Source of the DNA: Takakia lepidozioides
Lineage: Eukaryota; Plantae; Bryophyta
Assembly: GCA_030704615.1 (NCBI GenBank)
Contig: CM060731.1
Coordinates: 47,244,001 to 47,308,000, forward strand
DNA: 64,000 bases
Direction: 5' to 3'
In this document: piece by piece, positions 27,324 to 39,489 of the stretch
How the letters are laid out: each line of letters opens with the position of its first letter
Numbering within the stretch: the stretch's first letter is position 1
The notes under the pieces: model-generated
The model's database searches: none
The model's input: only the letters and a program-made list of their open reading frames with translations
What the model was told of the DNA's origin: nothing
Translations under genes and position numbers: made by a program

Positions 27324-29317
27324 CCTAACTTGAAAAGGCTAAGCAGAAATTTGAACACAAAAACAGTCTTGATCTTGACTCTTCACTCTTCAAAGTTCAC
27401 AGGCTCTTCAATCTATGAAATCTTGTTGCGGGGATTGGAGGGTTGGGGTATCCTATGCAGACGTCCCTGTTTTCTACATATCCTACTGTCACGCAAACTG
27501 TCGGTGAGGTTCACATGCTTGTGAGTTGAATGGATTCCAACAAGCGGATGAGAGAGGGAAAGAATCTCGAGAGATAGAGCAAGAACACTGATTCCATACA
27601 TTCAATGCTGGTCTGCACCATTGAATGGGTAGTAAGTGTGCCATGTTTAGATGTCAGTTGGTGTAAATGTGGGAACCGCAGCACAGTTTCTCCGTTGATG
27701 ATGATAGGTCTCCAGTCTTAAGGTTCACAAGGAGACCTATCTGTCAGGGTCAAAGTACCGACCTCTAAATAAGTCCGATATCCATGTTGTCATACATTAT
27801 TGGTTATTTCCAATTGAATGCAGTCTGTACAATCAGGTTTCTCTGGAATGACGTCGAGGAGGGCTTATTACGGAGCACGACAAACTTCATGGATGTAGGT
27901 GCCAGTAGGTGGAAGCATGTCTTGCAATTAGCCACTCCTTAATCCACACGTTACATGTTACATCCAGAAATACTGTCAAAACTGGTGACTACTTACTGGT
28001 CCTACAGCAATCCGTGCATCTGTTCAGGGTACCTAATCACAAGGTTTGTGTTGACAGCATCTGGATTGTAGTACACGTAATCTTCTGATATGTAGTGCAT
28101 TTCTACTGACACATGCATTCTGCGCACTTGACTTCAAGCCATTTATGTCTATGTCTTCAGAGCTTCCAGCTTTCCAGGATTCTTTAGTTGGGAGGAATTC
28201 CCATCTCCACACAGTGCACATCCTCCATCCACAAATGCAGTCCTCTTTGAGCCCTAATTAACGATGCCAGTAGGCAAGCTGTTCTTATCATTGTGCCTAT
28301 CAACGCATACCCGTGTAATTCTCAACCTCTCACACTCGTTCTGGGCTTGTTGCAAATTTTATATCACTACCCCTACCAGGTCCAATATAAAATGTCCGTC
28401 TTTCGATGGCAAAGGCCTACCTAGCCCTACCTCTCGCCCCCTAATGTCTCCCTTTCCCCTGAAGACAGTGGACGCTTGCGGTAGATTTGAGCAGATCTTT
28501 GTCGTGGATGTAAAACTGATTGAACAGGAGATCAATGACAGATTGTCACGGCAAGCAGTTGTGCCTGTACGTGAGCCAGTCAGCACTACAGACATGAGAT
28601 ACAGCCTACCGGGACTTGTGCTTCTCAAATTACAATTGCTTTCTTAGGGCCGACTCCACCATATGCAAAGTATCATTCAGATTCCATAAGAAAAACTCTT
28701 TGCCAATAGAAAGCTGGGAGGTCCGGTCAGGGAGCACCGTCACGACGTGTGGGATGAGCTTCCAGGAAACGAGTTGATCGTAGCAGCACTTGCCAGAAAT
28801 CTTCCAAAGCAGCATAATGAAGCAGACTCCTATGTGATACTTACCTCTACGCCCTGGTACACCTGGTAAGCAAAACAGATCTGCGTATACATAAGCCGAA
28901 ACCAAGAATTGAAGAGGCCATCTGCTCAGAAATCTGGTGGAGGAGGTGGCCTGCAGCAGAAACCTGTAAGAAGAGCAACATACGAAATACGTATGTAGGT
29001 ACTCAATACAACGCCACCAGCTACGGCCCTTCACACGCGTCTTTCTACCATACTACCGTTGTCAGCTCACTTGTCATTTTCCCTTCCGCGCTCGGGGACA
29101 GCATTTGAAAAAACAACAAGTGAAAGTAAGAATGGAAGTAAAAACTGGAGCGAGGGTTCGGGCACGTGAATAGCGTCGTTGTCCCGTCCGCCATCGCAGG
29201 CGCTCCAGAGCTTTGTGGATTCATTGTCATTTCTCTCTCTCTCTCTCTCTCTCTCTCCGGTTTGTATTCTTTCTCGGATATCGGGCTTGATTGGATTGAT
29301 CGCAGCAGGTGGCGGTG

Positions 29318-32300
29318 ATGGCGGCCGGTGGCGGCCGGTTGAACAATGTGGCCACGCCTTCCTCGAACGCTTCCTTCCTCTTCCACCTCGCATCGTTTCT
29401 TATGTGCGTCAGTCGGTCCATCGTTTTCAGTTGTAGTGATCTACGATTATGAACGTTTTTTTTTTCTCCCGGTTTCGTTTCTTGAATGCAACTTGCCTGT
29501 GTTTCTCTTATTCTCGTAAACTCGTTTCGTTGCGTTGAAAAAACAAACTGAGAATTCATTCTCGGAATTTGCTGTATGCTTTATTTGTAAGTTCACGATG
29601 ATGAAAAAGATCCAGCCCTCAGTGCTCTTTGGTGAATCTCAGTGTTCTTAAGGAAATCTGTTACGTCATTTATCTGATTCTTTATATGCGTCTCTCTCTC
29701 TCTCTCTCTCTCTCGCTATATATATATATGTACCAAACAAGACGTATGGAACATCAAGCATCTTCTTCAACACATTTTTTCAGTCAGCCGAGTCTTGAAC
29801 AAAGCAGAATGCAGTCAATCATCATACATTTTCCTATCGGCAAAACTGCTTGTGAGTTTAAGACTCTGCCAATCTAGTCTGGTCGATGGCAGAAAAGCAT
29901 GCTGTTTCACGTTAAGGAGCATATTTGGTAGAATGTGAGGTGCCAATTGGCCGTTAGCATGGATATAAGTGTAATATGGAGGTTCCTAATGTTAAGGTTG
30001 CCTGCTCAACACATCCTGATGGAGAATTGGACAATGAGAGCAGAAATCACTTGAATGTGCTTCCTTAAAAGAAACCATCCAGGCTGTGTACAAGGTCAGG
30101 GTGCTCCTGGATCGGTCAATAGTTGACCGGAAATTCTCAGTTGATCTCTTAAAAGGCCTTAATTCTCAGTTGTCAGTTCTCAGTTGCCTGATCTACATTC
30201 ACACCACACCCTCTGTGCACATCTGTGCTGGAAGAGCGCCTCTGCCTCTTAATTTTTCATACTTCCTGCTTTTCGTTGAGCACCTTTCCAGTTTGTTTCT
30301 TTTTCTGTCCTAGGTAACTGCTGGACTTAGTGGCTTACCGGAGTTTTGACAGAATCCCACCAGACAAGCAGAACCCTCATTTGTCAAGGTGATGTCTTTT
30401 CACATGTATGTAGTGCCTGGGTTTAAGCATATACAGACCGTACCAAATTTGACTAGATGAGAAAGTTTTGTGTTTGGAACATCAACTAAATCATGCCAAG
30501 ATAGCACTTGAATTTGGGTAATAAGAGTGGAATCCCTCATGGGCATGTGACTGTTCGTCACTGTCCTGCTCTAATTTTGTCCTGTCTCAAGAGTGCACGC
30601 CCAAATCCATCCTCTGTACCTGGAACACCACTCTGTAAAGTTTCTATCTGTGAGTTTGTACGATCAACGTGACTTTATCATGGATGCTTTCCATGGTGTG
30701 CAAGCAGGTTCCTGTATGTTTTCTCCTGGCATTTTGGGCGTCAGGCTGCTTCGCTTCCACAGTCTGGGGGTTTTGGCTGGTTCTTCAAGGTCTGACCTCA
30801 GCCTTTCCTATATTAGGCGAAATGGTATGTTGTGTACTGCACAAAATTCGGCCATGGGTGCAGTTGTCGTCCGCAGTGGTTTTGTAAATGATTCTGCATT
30901 GATGGTATTCATGCATGCAGGTATGTCATACATTTTAAATTTGGGAATTGGAAACCTGACCCTATTGATGGGGTTTTTACACATGCAAATGTCAAGTTCT
31001 AGTCATGCACATTCATCTGAAGCAGCGCAGCTTGCATTGCTGATGTGCAGTACTTGACATTCTGTGGCTTCACGTTCCAAATGGTGGCTCTATTCACCTG
31101 TCTTCTGTCGTATCTCTTTCCAGAGGTATGTGAGATAGAAAGTAGAACGGAAATGCTTAAAAGAGGAAAATCACTGAGGGTTACTGCAGCGCTCAAGTAC
31201 AAGAGTAGTCGTGCAGGATGGGGAGAGAGAGAGTTGTTATTGCAGTCATTTGTGGCCATGGACCTTGTACCCATTATGGACTCAGCTAGAAGTTATGGGA
31301 GGAGAGAGGCACTTCAATATCCCTGATTTGCTCTTTCCAGCAGCAAAACCTGCTGGTTTAGACAGATTTAGTCTAGCCTTCCAGATATTCTGCAAGACCA
31401 AACTGGAAACGCTGTACTTGGGGAATTTAGCAGCGCATTATACTTTGCTCTTAGACAGCAATGAATGACTGTATTACTCTCAATGATTTTCCCTACCAGA
31501 CACTTCACTGGACTAGAAAGGTGTATTCAGAGCCATCTTGTATCTTGATTGGCAGACAAAGGGAGTGAAGCGATTAGCCGATGATCTGTCATGTGCCAGC
31601 TTTGGTATTGCCAATGTCATCACCCTCCTCTATTGGACCATATATTTCCTCACCAGCAAGCCTGTTGAAGGTAGCTTGGTTGCAACCGCTGAAAGAACAG
31701 TTGAACGAGGCTTGTATGTCCTAACACAGAACCATTTATCTCGGTGATCTGTCAGTGACCTTTATTCATTGTCTTCTGCTTCCTTTTCTATTTGTCGTGT
31801 TGTATCTATTTGTGGATGTGGGTGCCTGTGTTCTCTACATCAGGCTTCTTGGACTCATATTCATGAATGCTGGAGAGCTTTGAAGATACTGTGGGAGACT
31901 TTAAAGGAGGTATTGCATTTGCAGAGCTACAGGACCGTTGTGGCGATCATTGATAGTGCATTTGGGCAATGCTGGTGTCGCCTGGACTGACATCCTCATC
32001 TCAGAGCGCACTTTTAGGTGCTCCTTTTACCTTCCTGTTTCTTATTTACCTCTCTTACCACCGTCCCCCAAATTTTGGGCCATTGGAGAATCATTCTCCT
32101 TGATCATTTTTTTAAGTAGCTCCTTCTGTACTCAGATGTGCATCGGTATTTATGCTTCTCTTGAGTGCATTCTGAGACTATTTGTTGGACTTCTTGAGCA
32201 GCTATTTTTGGGTCATAGGATGGCAGTATCATAGAAGTTCAGAAAGGCCAGTGTTCTTCACATTCACTAGGATCATCATTCTGTGCTAAGTGCTGTCTAG

Positions 32301-33103
32301 GATTGAATTCTAACACCAGGATTCTACCAAGGTCGATCTGGTGTTCTGCTCCTCACTATATTAGATCAAAAAGTCTGTGTGTGTGCCTCTGTATGGTCTC
32401 AATGAGTGTCTGTGCACTGCCATCACTCCACTCTAGCAATGGATCTCATGCCTGTACCTTTCTTACTTCACTTAATTTGCCTCCTGTCTGCGGGTGTTAA
32501 TTTGTTGAAATCACATCAGCAAACTTTCTTCATATGATGTACACATTGATTTGTTCTCTCTTTTCCTGTGTGCTCTCCTTAATTTTGTCGTCTCCTGCCC
32601 AGGAAATGGTCGCTCCGGATGGCTATGCTATTTGTCATATTGTATGTCATATGGATACACATCTGTGCTGCTCAGAATGAGGTCAGATCCCCTGCTTCTG
32701 TTCATAAAACTTCAATGTAGCTTGAGAGCTGCACATCATGATTGAGAACAGCCTTTCTGCAAAAAGAGCTTGGAGAGAAAACCAGATGATTCTATAACAG
32801 AAATGCAGAGGATTGTATGCAGACTGTTATTCTCATGTGACACGTTCAGTTAACGTCTTCCATCCGACAATATCATTTGTCGTCGTGAGTTTGTCTTGGG
32901 GCTGAACATGGAACACATACAGCTGATTTAGGAACTGTATGCAGGTGTACCCATATCCATTTCTAAATGCGATGCATCAACCTGAGGGCTTCATTGTGGT
33001 GGCCGTAATTGGGCTCTCCTCCATCTTCTGCTTCTTCAAGGCAGGCTCCAAGCTTGCTATCCGTGGCAGCTCGCCACAGTTAAAAAAGTTGAAACTGATA
33101 TAA
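29318..33103 (+). CDS. FAR-17a/AIG1/ADTRP-family multi-pass membrane hydrolase, 7 exons, ~243 aa
   Basis: Exons 29318-29403, 30708-30789, 31051-31125, 31556-31713 (alt. donor 31670), 31925 (alt. 31933)-32017, 32603-32681, 32945-33103; phases consistent. Motifs GGFGWFFKYLTF, LLYWTIY, IVHLGN, YVIWIH, VYPYPFL; C-terminal KxKxx (KLKLI). Confidence 0.85.
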
Positions 33104-34798
33104 ATTGGTCTTCATATTGTTTATCTGAGCAGTGACATGTTCACAGAAACCAAGACCTAAGTTTGGTAATATACAGATCCTCAAATCATTCATAGATGTC
33201 ACTTATATGGAAGATCAACTTTTCATCTTATCAAGATGCCGAGTTGCTGATATCACCCACTTCTACACTGGAAAGGTAAATGTACCCTCACCTGTCTTCT
33301 GTTACTTCGCAGGATGTGTAAAGTTAGGTGTGAGTGTGAGAGAACCAGCATTTAGTGCATGAAATCAGAAAATCAATCGTTAACAAGGGTACATTGCATA
33401 GAAATAGTGTCACCAGAAGTGCTTATCAACCCAACCATGATTAGCTTTGGACAACAGTCTCTCTTTCATTAGGGTGAATTTTTCTCAACAAAACTGTGGA
33501 GGTGAAGTTTTGCAGAACATAGAGAAGCACAGAAAGGGTGCAAAATGTTCTAGTTGTGTATTAACATGACCAAGGTCTATTGGGTTATGATGATAATGTT
33601 CTCCAATTGTACGTGTCAGGTTCCTGGTCATAAATCTGAACAGTATCTTTTCATTACAATGGAGGTGTAGTGTATATTTTATTGCTTTGTTGTTGGCTCC
33701 TCTTTATTCTAAAGAGGAGACTACGCATCAGTGTCAAAAATCGCTAAGCCCCTGTTGTGCCTTCCCCACGCGTCACCTCATCTCTCTTTTTTGAAAACTA
33801 CTTCCTTCCTGTGCCTCCAGGTAGCACCTCCCTTAGGTAACATCTCTTTATTGAACAATTTATGAAGAATAATTTGATAATTTTCTCAAGTTTATTAGGA
33901 GATTTTACTATTCACAAAGAGGAGCCATACGCTACTAGCCGCTTGTTAGATTTAGCCATGTAGGACATTGGTAAGGACGTAAACAAGATTGTGTCAGATT
34001 TACTCTTTGATATTATTTCGTAACAACTGCTGCAAGATTCTCATGGATCTGCTTTTCATTCATGAAGGGAAACTTTCTTTCTCCTTGGAGAGGGGAAACA
34101 TTTTGCATTAATAAGGTGTAGAGTTCAAATCTAATCCTTAGCTCAAGGAAATATGAAATTTGTTGGACCTGCTTATATTGAGTTTTGCAGGGTTTTTTTT
34201 TTAGAGTCAATGATAAAAAAACTAGTGTCTTATTTTCTTCATGTTGGAAGAGAATTAAAGTTGGTGTGTAGTGGGTGACAAGACAAGAATATCTTAATCC
34301 TCTCCATCATCCTTGCTGAAGACCACAAGATTGGGTTTTCCCAGCTTCTGTCTCTCACTGTTCCATATATATCAAAACACACAAGCAAACTTATAGGTAA
34401 TCAGAGCTCTCCAAGTTCACTATATTCTGGGCCCAAAGTAATCTGCTCCAGGATAGTTCATGAACACAATATATCATCTAGCTGTGGACCACCAAGCAGT
34501 CACATAGACAATTGCAGCTTTTCCATGTGACTGTGTTAAAATTTCAAGCATCAACAAATTTGGTAGTGCACTGAGCAGTGCTTCCATAATACTCATGGTA
34601 TAAATTGTAATTGTTATACATCCCTTACAGTATCACTACCAAAGAAACCGAGAAAGAAGCTCGGTGTGCTACTAGTACTCCTTCTAATGAATTCCTGTCC
34701 TTCCCAAGACCAAGGGCTCTCCAGTGGATCAGCACCAGGATCAAGAATACAGACTTGCCACTTTTGCACCATCAAGATTTTCATAATCCTAAGATAAT

Positions 34799-36130
34799 TT
34801 AATCGACAATCATGTCTACCAGTGTAGATCCTTCATATTCCTCTTTCCAGGCGCCCGTCGGATCAGGAAAACGAACTTGCAGCAGAAGCTGCTTATAATT
34901 TTGCCACTCCTGGAGGCTCTGGGATGCACTACACATATTATGCCCTGCACCTGATCCCTCTGCAATAGCCTCAGAACCTTCAGATTCCGCTTCCGGATCA
35001 GCACAAGGATCCTGCACAAGTTGCTGAAAACCTTGCCCCTGGAGGCTCTGGGATGCATTACAAGTATCATGCCCTGCAACTGATCCCTCTCTAATAGCCT
35101 CAGATCCTTCATATTCCTCTTTCCAGGCGCCCGTCGGATCAGGAAAACGAACTTGCAGCAGAAGCTGCTTATAATTTTGCCACTCCTGGAGGCTCTGGGA
35201 TGCATTACATGTATTATGCCCTGCACCTGATCCCTCTGCAATAGCCTCAGATCCTTCAGATTCCGCTTCCGGATCAGCACAAGGATCCTGTAGAAGTTGC
35301 TCTAAACCTTGCCACTCCTGTAGGCTCCGGGATGCACCTGATCTTGCACCGTATTCCGTAATAGCCTCAGATCCTAATTCAGATTCCTCTTCCAAGGAGG
35401 TCCCTGCCTGATCAGCACAAGGATTCTGCATAAGAGGCTCATAATATTGCCTCTCCTCTAGCTGGGATGCGCTATACATATGCCCTGTACCTGATCCCTC
35501 TGTAATAGCCTCAATACGTACGTTGTATGTCTCAGCACCATGGAGGGTCGATGAGCTCTGCTCTGTTCCTGATCCCTGTACCTCATAACGTGGCTCCACT
35601 CCCTGGTGTGTCAGAGCCGAAACCTGGCTCGTCTCAGCAGCCATATGGACATTGAGGTATGACCCGTGCGCCGGAACACCATAGCTCCGCAAACAGCCCA
35701 TGTGGTGGAGAACCTTTTGATGAGATTCGCGCAATTGCGCTCCTAACCTCTCCAACTCCACAAGATTCAATCGTTGGAGGCAAATTTCATCTCCCCACAA
35801 CATTCCTGAAAGTTCTTTCGAGGCACTCAATTCTGCCTGCAATTTCCAAACTTGGTCACGCAACGTGCTCAAGTTCCCCGCATCAGTGCAGTGACTCTTC
35901 TCTTGGCGTTCATGGGATGCGTCAAACCGTTCGATAACATCCCCAATAGACCGATTACAGAACTGCACGAGTTTTCCAGAAGGAGAGAATGCAATTACCG
36001 CCACATCCACATCACAAAGAATCGCCAACTCTTTCGCTTTCTTGAGCAATCCATCCCTACGCTTTGAAAACGTCACCTTTGCCTTGGCTTCGTCCTCCAA
36101 TCTCTTGATCTCAATTTTAGCACGGCCCAT
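34799..36130 (-). CDS. Intronless MADS-box transcription factor with K-like coiled-coil and repetitive acidic C-terminus, 443 aa
   Basis: MGRAKIEIKRLE..VTFSKRRDGLLKKAKELAILCDVDVAVIAFSPSGKL; K-like LWGDEICLQRLNLVELERLGAQLRES; uninterrupted ATG-to-TAA ORF. Confidence 0.92.
   Translation of the reverse strand: MGRAKIEIKRLEDEAKAKVTFSKRRDGLLKKAKELAILCDVDVAVIAFSPSGKLVQFCNRSIGDVIERFDASHERQEKSHCTDAGNLSTLRDQVWKLQAELSASKELSGMLWGDEICLQRLNLVELERLGAQLRESHQKVLHHMGCLRSYGVPAHGSYLNVHMAAETSQVSALTHQGVEPRYEVQGSGTEQSSSTLHGAETYNVRIEAITEGSGTGHMYSASQLEERQYYEPLMQNPCADQAGTSLEEESELGSEAITEYGARSGASRSLQEWQGLEQLLQDPCADPEAESEGSEAIAEGSGAGHNTCNASQSLQEWQNYKQLLLQVRFPDPTGAWKEEYEGSEAIREGSVAGHDTCNASQSLQGQGFQQLVQDPCADPEAESEGSEAIAEGSGAGHNMCSASQSLQEWQNYKQLLLQVRFPDPTGAWKEEYEGSTLVDMIVD
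34826..35510 (-). repeat. Tandem coding repeats in the MADS C-terminus (276-bp duplication built of ~45-aa subunits)
   Basis: 34826-35033 is near-identical to 35102-35309; EAIxEGSGxGH..ASQ-like motif occurs five times. Confidence 0.93.
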
Positions 36131-36397
36131 CCCGATCCGGCAACTCTACTCTCTCTAGGGTCAAGAAACAAGCTGAAGATTGCTCACTATCAACGAGCAC
36201 GCTCACTAGAACCTCCTCCCAAGCAAGCTTTGCTTCCGATCAATCCCCTGCTGCAAGGTGAGCTCCAAGCTGAGCTCCAACAAACCTTCCTCGCACACAA
36301 TCGGAATGAGGAAGGCGGGAACTCATATACCCAGGTTTGCCAGTGGATGGATGCAAGATCCATCCATTCATCCATCCATAATCTATTCTCGGAAGCT

Positions 36398-38678
36398 GCT
36401 GTATGCTTTATTTGTAAGTTCCCGTTTATGAGAAAGATCCAGCATTGGGTGCTCTTTGAACCTTGCGCAATCGGACTCCGTAGTTTGTTGTTTGGATGAG
36501 AAATTGAAGATGTGTTGCCAAAAAATGCCCTGAAGAAGCATGCGTGATCGCGCGTGCTTCATTTGGTTGGTACTTGTATTCTATAGACCAACAACAACAC
36601 CATTGATACCCAGATGATTAGATGACACATATGAGGACATGTCTAAGTGCATGCTCAAAACTGTAAAGTGTTTCGGAAGACATTAGTTCACATTATACAA
36701 TGTCAACTAAAATCTTCTGTCGCACTTTATCTGTCTTGTCATGCACAGATAGTATGATAATTCCTATACGTGATGGCATGGTCACTCTTATGTATGATGG
36801 GCGGAGTGTGGACACAATAATATATAATAATATCCAAATATCAATCCAAAAGTCTAGGGCAGTTTGAAATATTAGTTGTCGTAAACATCGCTTAGGTTGC
36901 CAAACAAGACGTATATCAAGCATTCTTCTTCAACACATTTTTTCAGTCAGCCGAGTCTTAAACAAAGCAGAATGCAGTCAATCATCATACCAATCTAGTC
37001 TGGTTGATGGCAGAAAAGCATGCTGTTTCACATTAACGAGCATATTTGGTATGTGAGATGCCAATTGGCAGTTGGCATGCATATAAGTGTAATATGCAGG
37101 TTCCTAATGGTAAGGTTGCCTGCTCAACATTCTGATGGAGAATTGGACAATGAGAGCAGAAATCACTTGAATATGCTTCCTTAAGAGAAACCATCCAGGC
37201 TGTGTACAAGGTCAGGGTGCTCCTGGATCGAGCAATAGTTGACCCGAAATTCTCAGTTGATCTGTAACTTAAAGGCTTAATTCTCAGTTGTCATGGAATT
37301 TTGTTGCTTGATCTGAATTCACACCGCACCCTCTGTGCAAATCTGTGGTGGAAGAGCGCCTCTGCCTCTTTACTTGTTGATCATACTTCCTGCTTTTCGT
37401 TGCTCGTACACGCCGAAATCCATCCTCTGTACCTGGAACACCACTCTGTAAAGTTTCTATCGGTGAGTTTGTACAATCAACGTGTCTTTATCATGGATGA
37501 TTTCCAAGGTGTGCAAGCAGGTTCCTGTATGTTTTCTCCTGGCATTTTGGGCGTCAGGCTGCTAATTCGCTTCCACAGTCTGGGAGTTTGGGGTCTGACC
37601 TCAGCCTTTCCTATATCAGGCAAAACGGTATGTTGTGTACTGCACAGAAGTCGGCCATGGGTGCAGTTGTCATCCGCATTTGTTTTGAAAATGGTTTCCA
37701 TTGATGGTATTCATGCATTCAGGTATCTCATACATTTTAAATTTGGGAATTGGAAATCTGACCCTATTGGATAGTGTTTTTATGCAAATGTCAAGTTCTA
37801 GTAATGCACATTCATCTGAAGCAGCGCGGCTCGCATTGCTGATGTGCAGTACTTGACATTATGTGGCTTCACGTTCTAAATGGTTGCTCTATTCACCTGT
37901 CTTCTGTCGTATCTCTTTCCAGAGGTATGTGAGATAGGAAGTAGAACGGAAATGCTTGAAAGAGGGAAATCACTGAGGGTCACTGCAGCTCTCAAGCAGT
38001 ACAAGAGTAGTCGTGCATGGGGAGAGAGAGTTGTTATTGCAGTCATTTGTGGCCACAGACCTTGTACCCAGTATGGACTCAGCTAGAGGTTATGGGAGGA
38101 GAGAGGCACTTTCAATAGCCCTGATTTGCTCTTTCCAGCAGCAAAACCTGCTGGGTTCAGACGAATTTAGTCTAGCCTTCCAGATATTCTGCAAGACCAA
38201 ACTGGAAAGGCGGTACATGGAAAACTTCCATTCTCTTTGGAGAGGGGAAACAATTTGCATTAATAAGGTGTAGAGTTCAAATCTAATCCTTAGCTCAAGG
38301 AAACAGGAAATTTGTAGGACCTCCATATCTTGGGTTTTGCAGGGTGATTTAGGGTAATGTTTTTCAAGGGAGTCAATGATCGAATGTAAATTCAAAACTA
38401 CTCTTATTTTCTTCGTGTTGGAAGAGAATATAAGTTGGTGTGTAGTGGGTGAGAAGACAAGAACAGTCGATCCATCCCAATCTTAATCCTCGCCACCTTG
38501 CTGGAGACCACAAGAATGGGTTTTCCCAGCTTCTGTCTCTCACTGTTCCATATCAAACGCACAAGCAAACTTAAATAAGAGATAATCAGAGCTCTCGAAA
38601 TTGACTACATTCTGGGCCCAAAGTAATCTGCTCCAGGGATAGTTCATGTACACTAAATATCATCTAGCTGTGGACCAC
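36398..38678 (+). pseudogene. Local direct duplicate of AIG1-like gene intron 1, exons 2-3 and 3' flank, disabled
   Basis: 36398-38218 aligns to 29571-31415, then jumps to 34068-34495. The exon-2 copy has indels and lacks the GWFFK end; the exon-3 copy has CAA>TAA; exons 1 and 4-7 are absent. Confidence 0.9.
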
Positions 38679-38679
38679 C

Positions 38680-39270
38680 ATGCAAAGGCCTCCCTGGCAC
38701 ACTCATGCTGAACATATCCCCAATATATCCTGCAATCGTCGCATTCCATGAGATCACTGGCCGTTGAGCCATATGGTCAAACACATCAAATTCATCCTTC
38801 ATGGTTTGAAATTTGTCTCCAGAATGATATCTCACCCAAAGCTGGCTTTTATGAGTGTCTTTGCATGTCCCAGCTAGGTTGAGAACAAACACAAACGTGC
38901 GCTCTCAGGCGTTACCCATTCCAGTATCATTTGCTCATAGATCTCAAACCTCCCTGGCCACATCTAAGCTTGGAATATGCCCCCACCAGTAGTCCACAAG
39001 AACACATCCATGAGGGTCCTGCACTTCATATACATGTCGGCGTCAGTGTCGTATAAACTATATTTGGCTTGATCCACTTTCAATAATGTGCACTCCTGCA
39101 AGAGATATAGGCATAAGTGTGTTAGTCAGCTGAAATGCCTCCTTGGTTTAAGAGGGTGCAGTGCCATCTTTCTGTTCTCCTGCTGTACATAGTGTCCTCA
39201 CGTCCTCCCAAGTGCCAGGAGAGTTCTTGCAGACTCCCTCTCTTTGCCCTCTTCCGAAAGTAGTGGTCTT
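38680..39270 (-). pseudogene. Decayed partial copy of the neighbouring PLS-PPR gene
   Basis: FDVFDHMAQRPVISWNATIAGY fragment; 39090-39250 resembles 41605-41765. Confidence 0.7.
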
Positions 39271-39489
39271 GGTCAAGGCGCCTCAACATCTCTGCTGATC
39301 CTGCTTATGGTCGCAAGGAAAGGAGGTCTTCTATGACTTTGCTGCTGCTGTTCAATTATCATACTGGAATGGTGAATATAACCATGGGCAGCTCACAAAA
39401 GAGAAGTACCCACTGTCATAACCAATCACAAATTGGTTCTGCCTTTTCGTCTTTGTGTTTCAAGTGATGCTTCCTGTATATTGCTTGTT

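Noticed and set aside
27703-27741. 11-bp stem (gataggtctcc/ggagacctatc) as a Helitron 3' hairpin
   Set aside because: No CTRR terminus at the expected distance; long loop.
30314-30388. AG/GT-bounded segment as an AIG1 coding exon
   Set aside because: Stops in all three frames; exon 1 joins exon 2 in phase without it (at most a poison exon).
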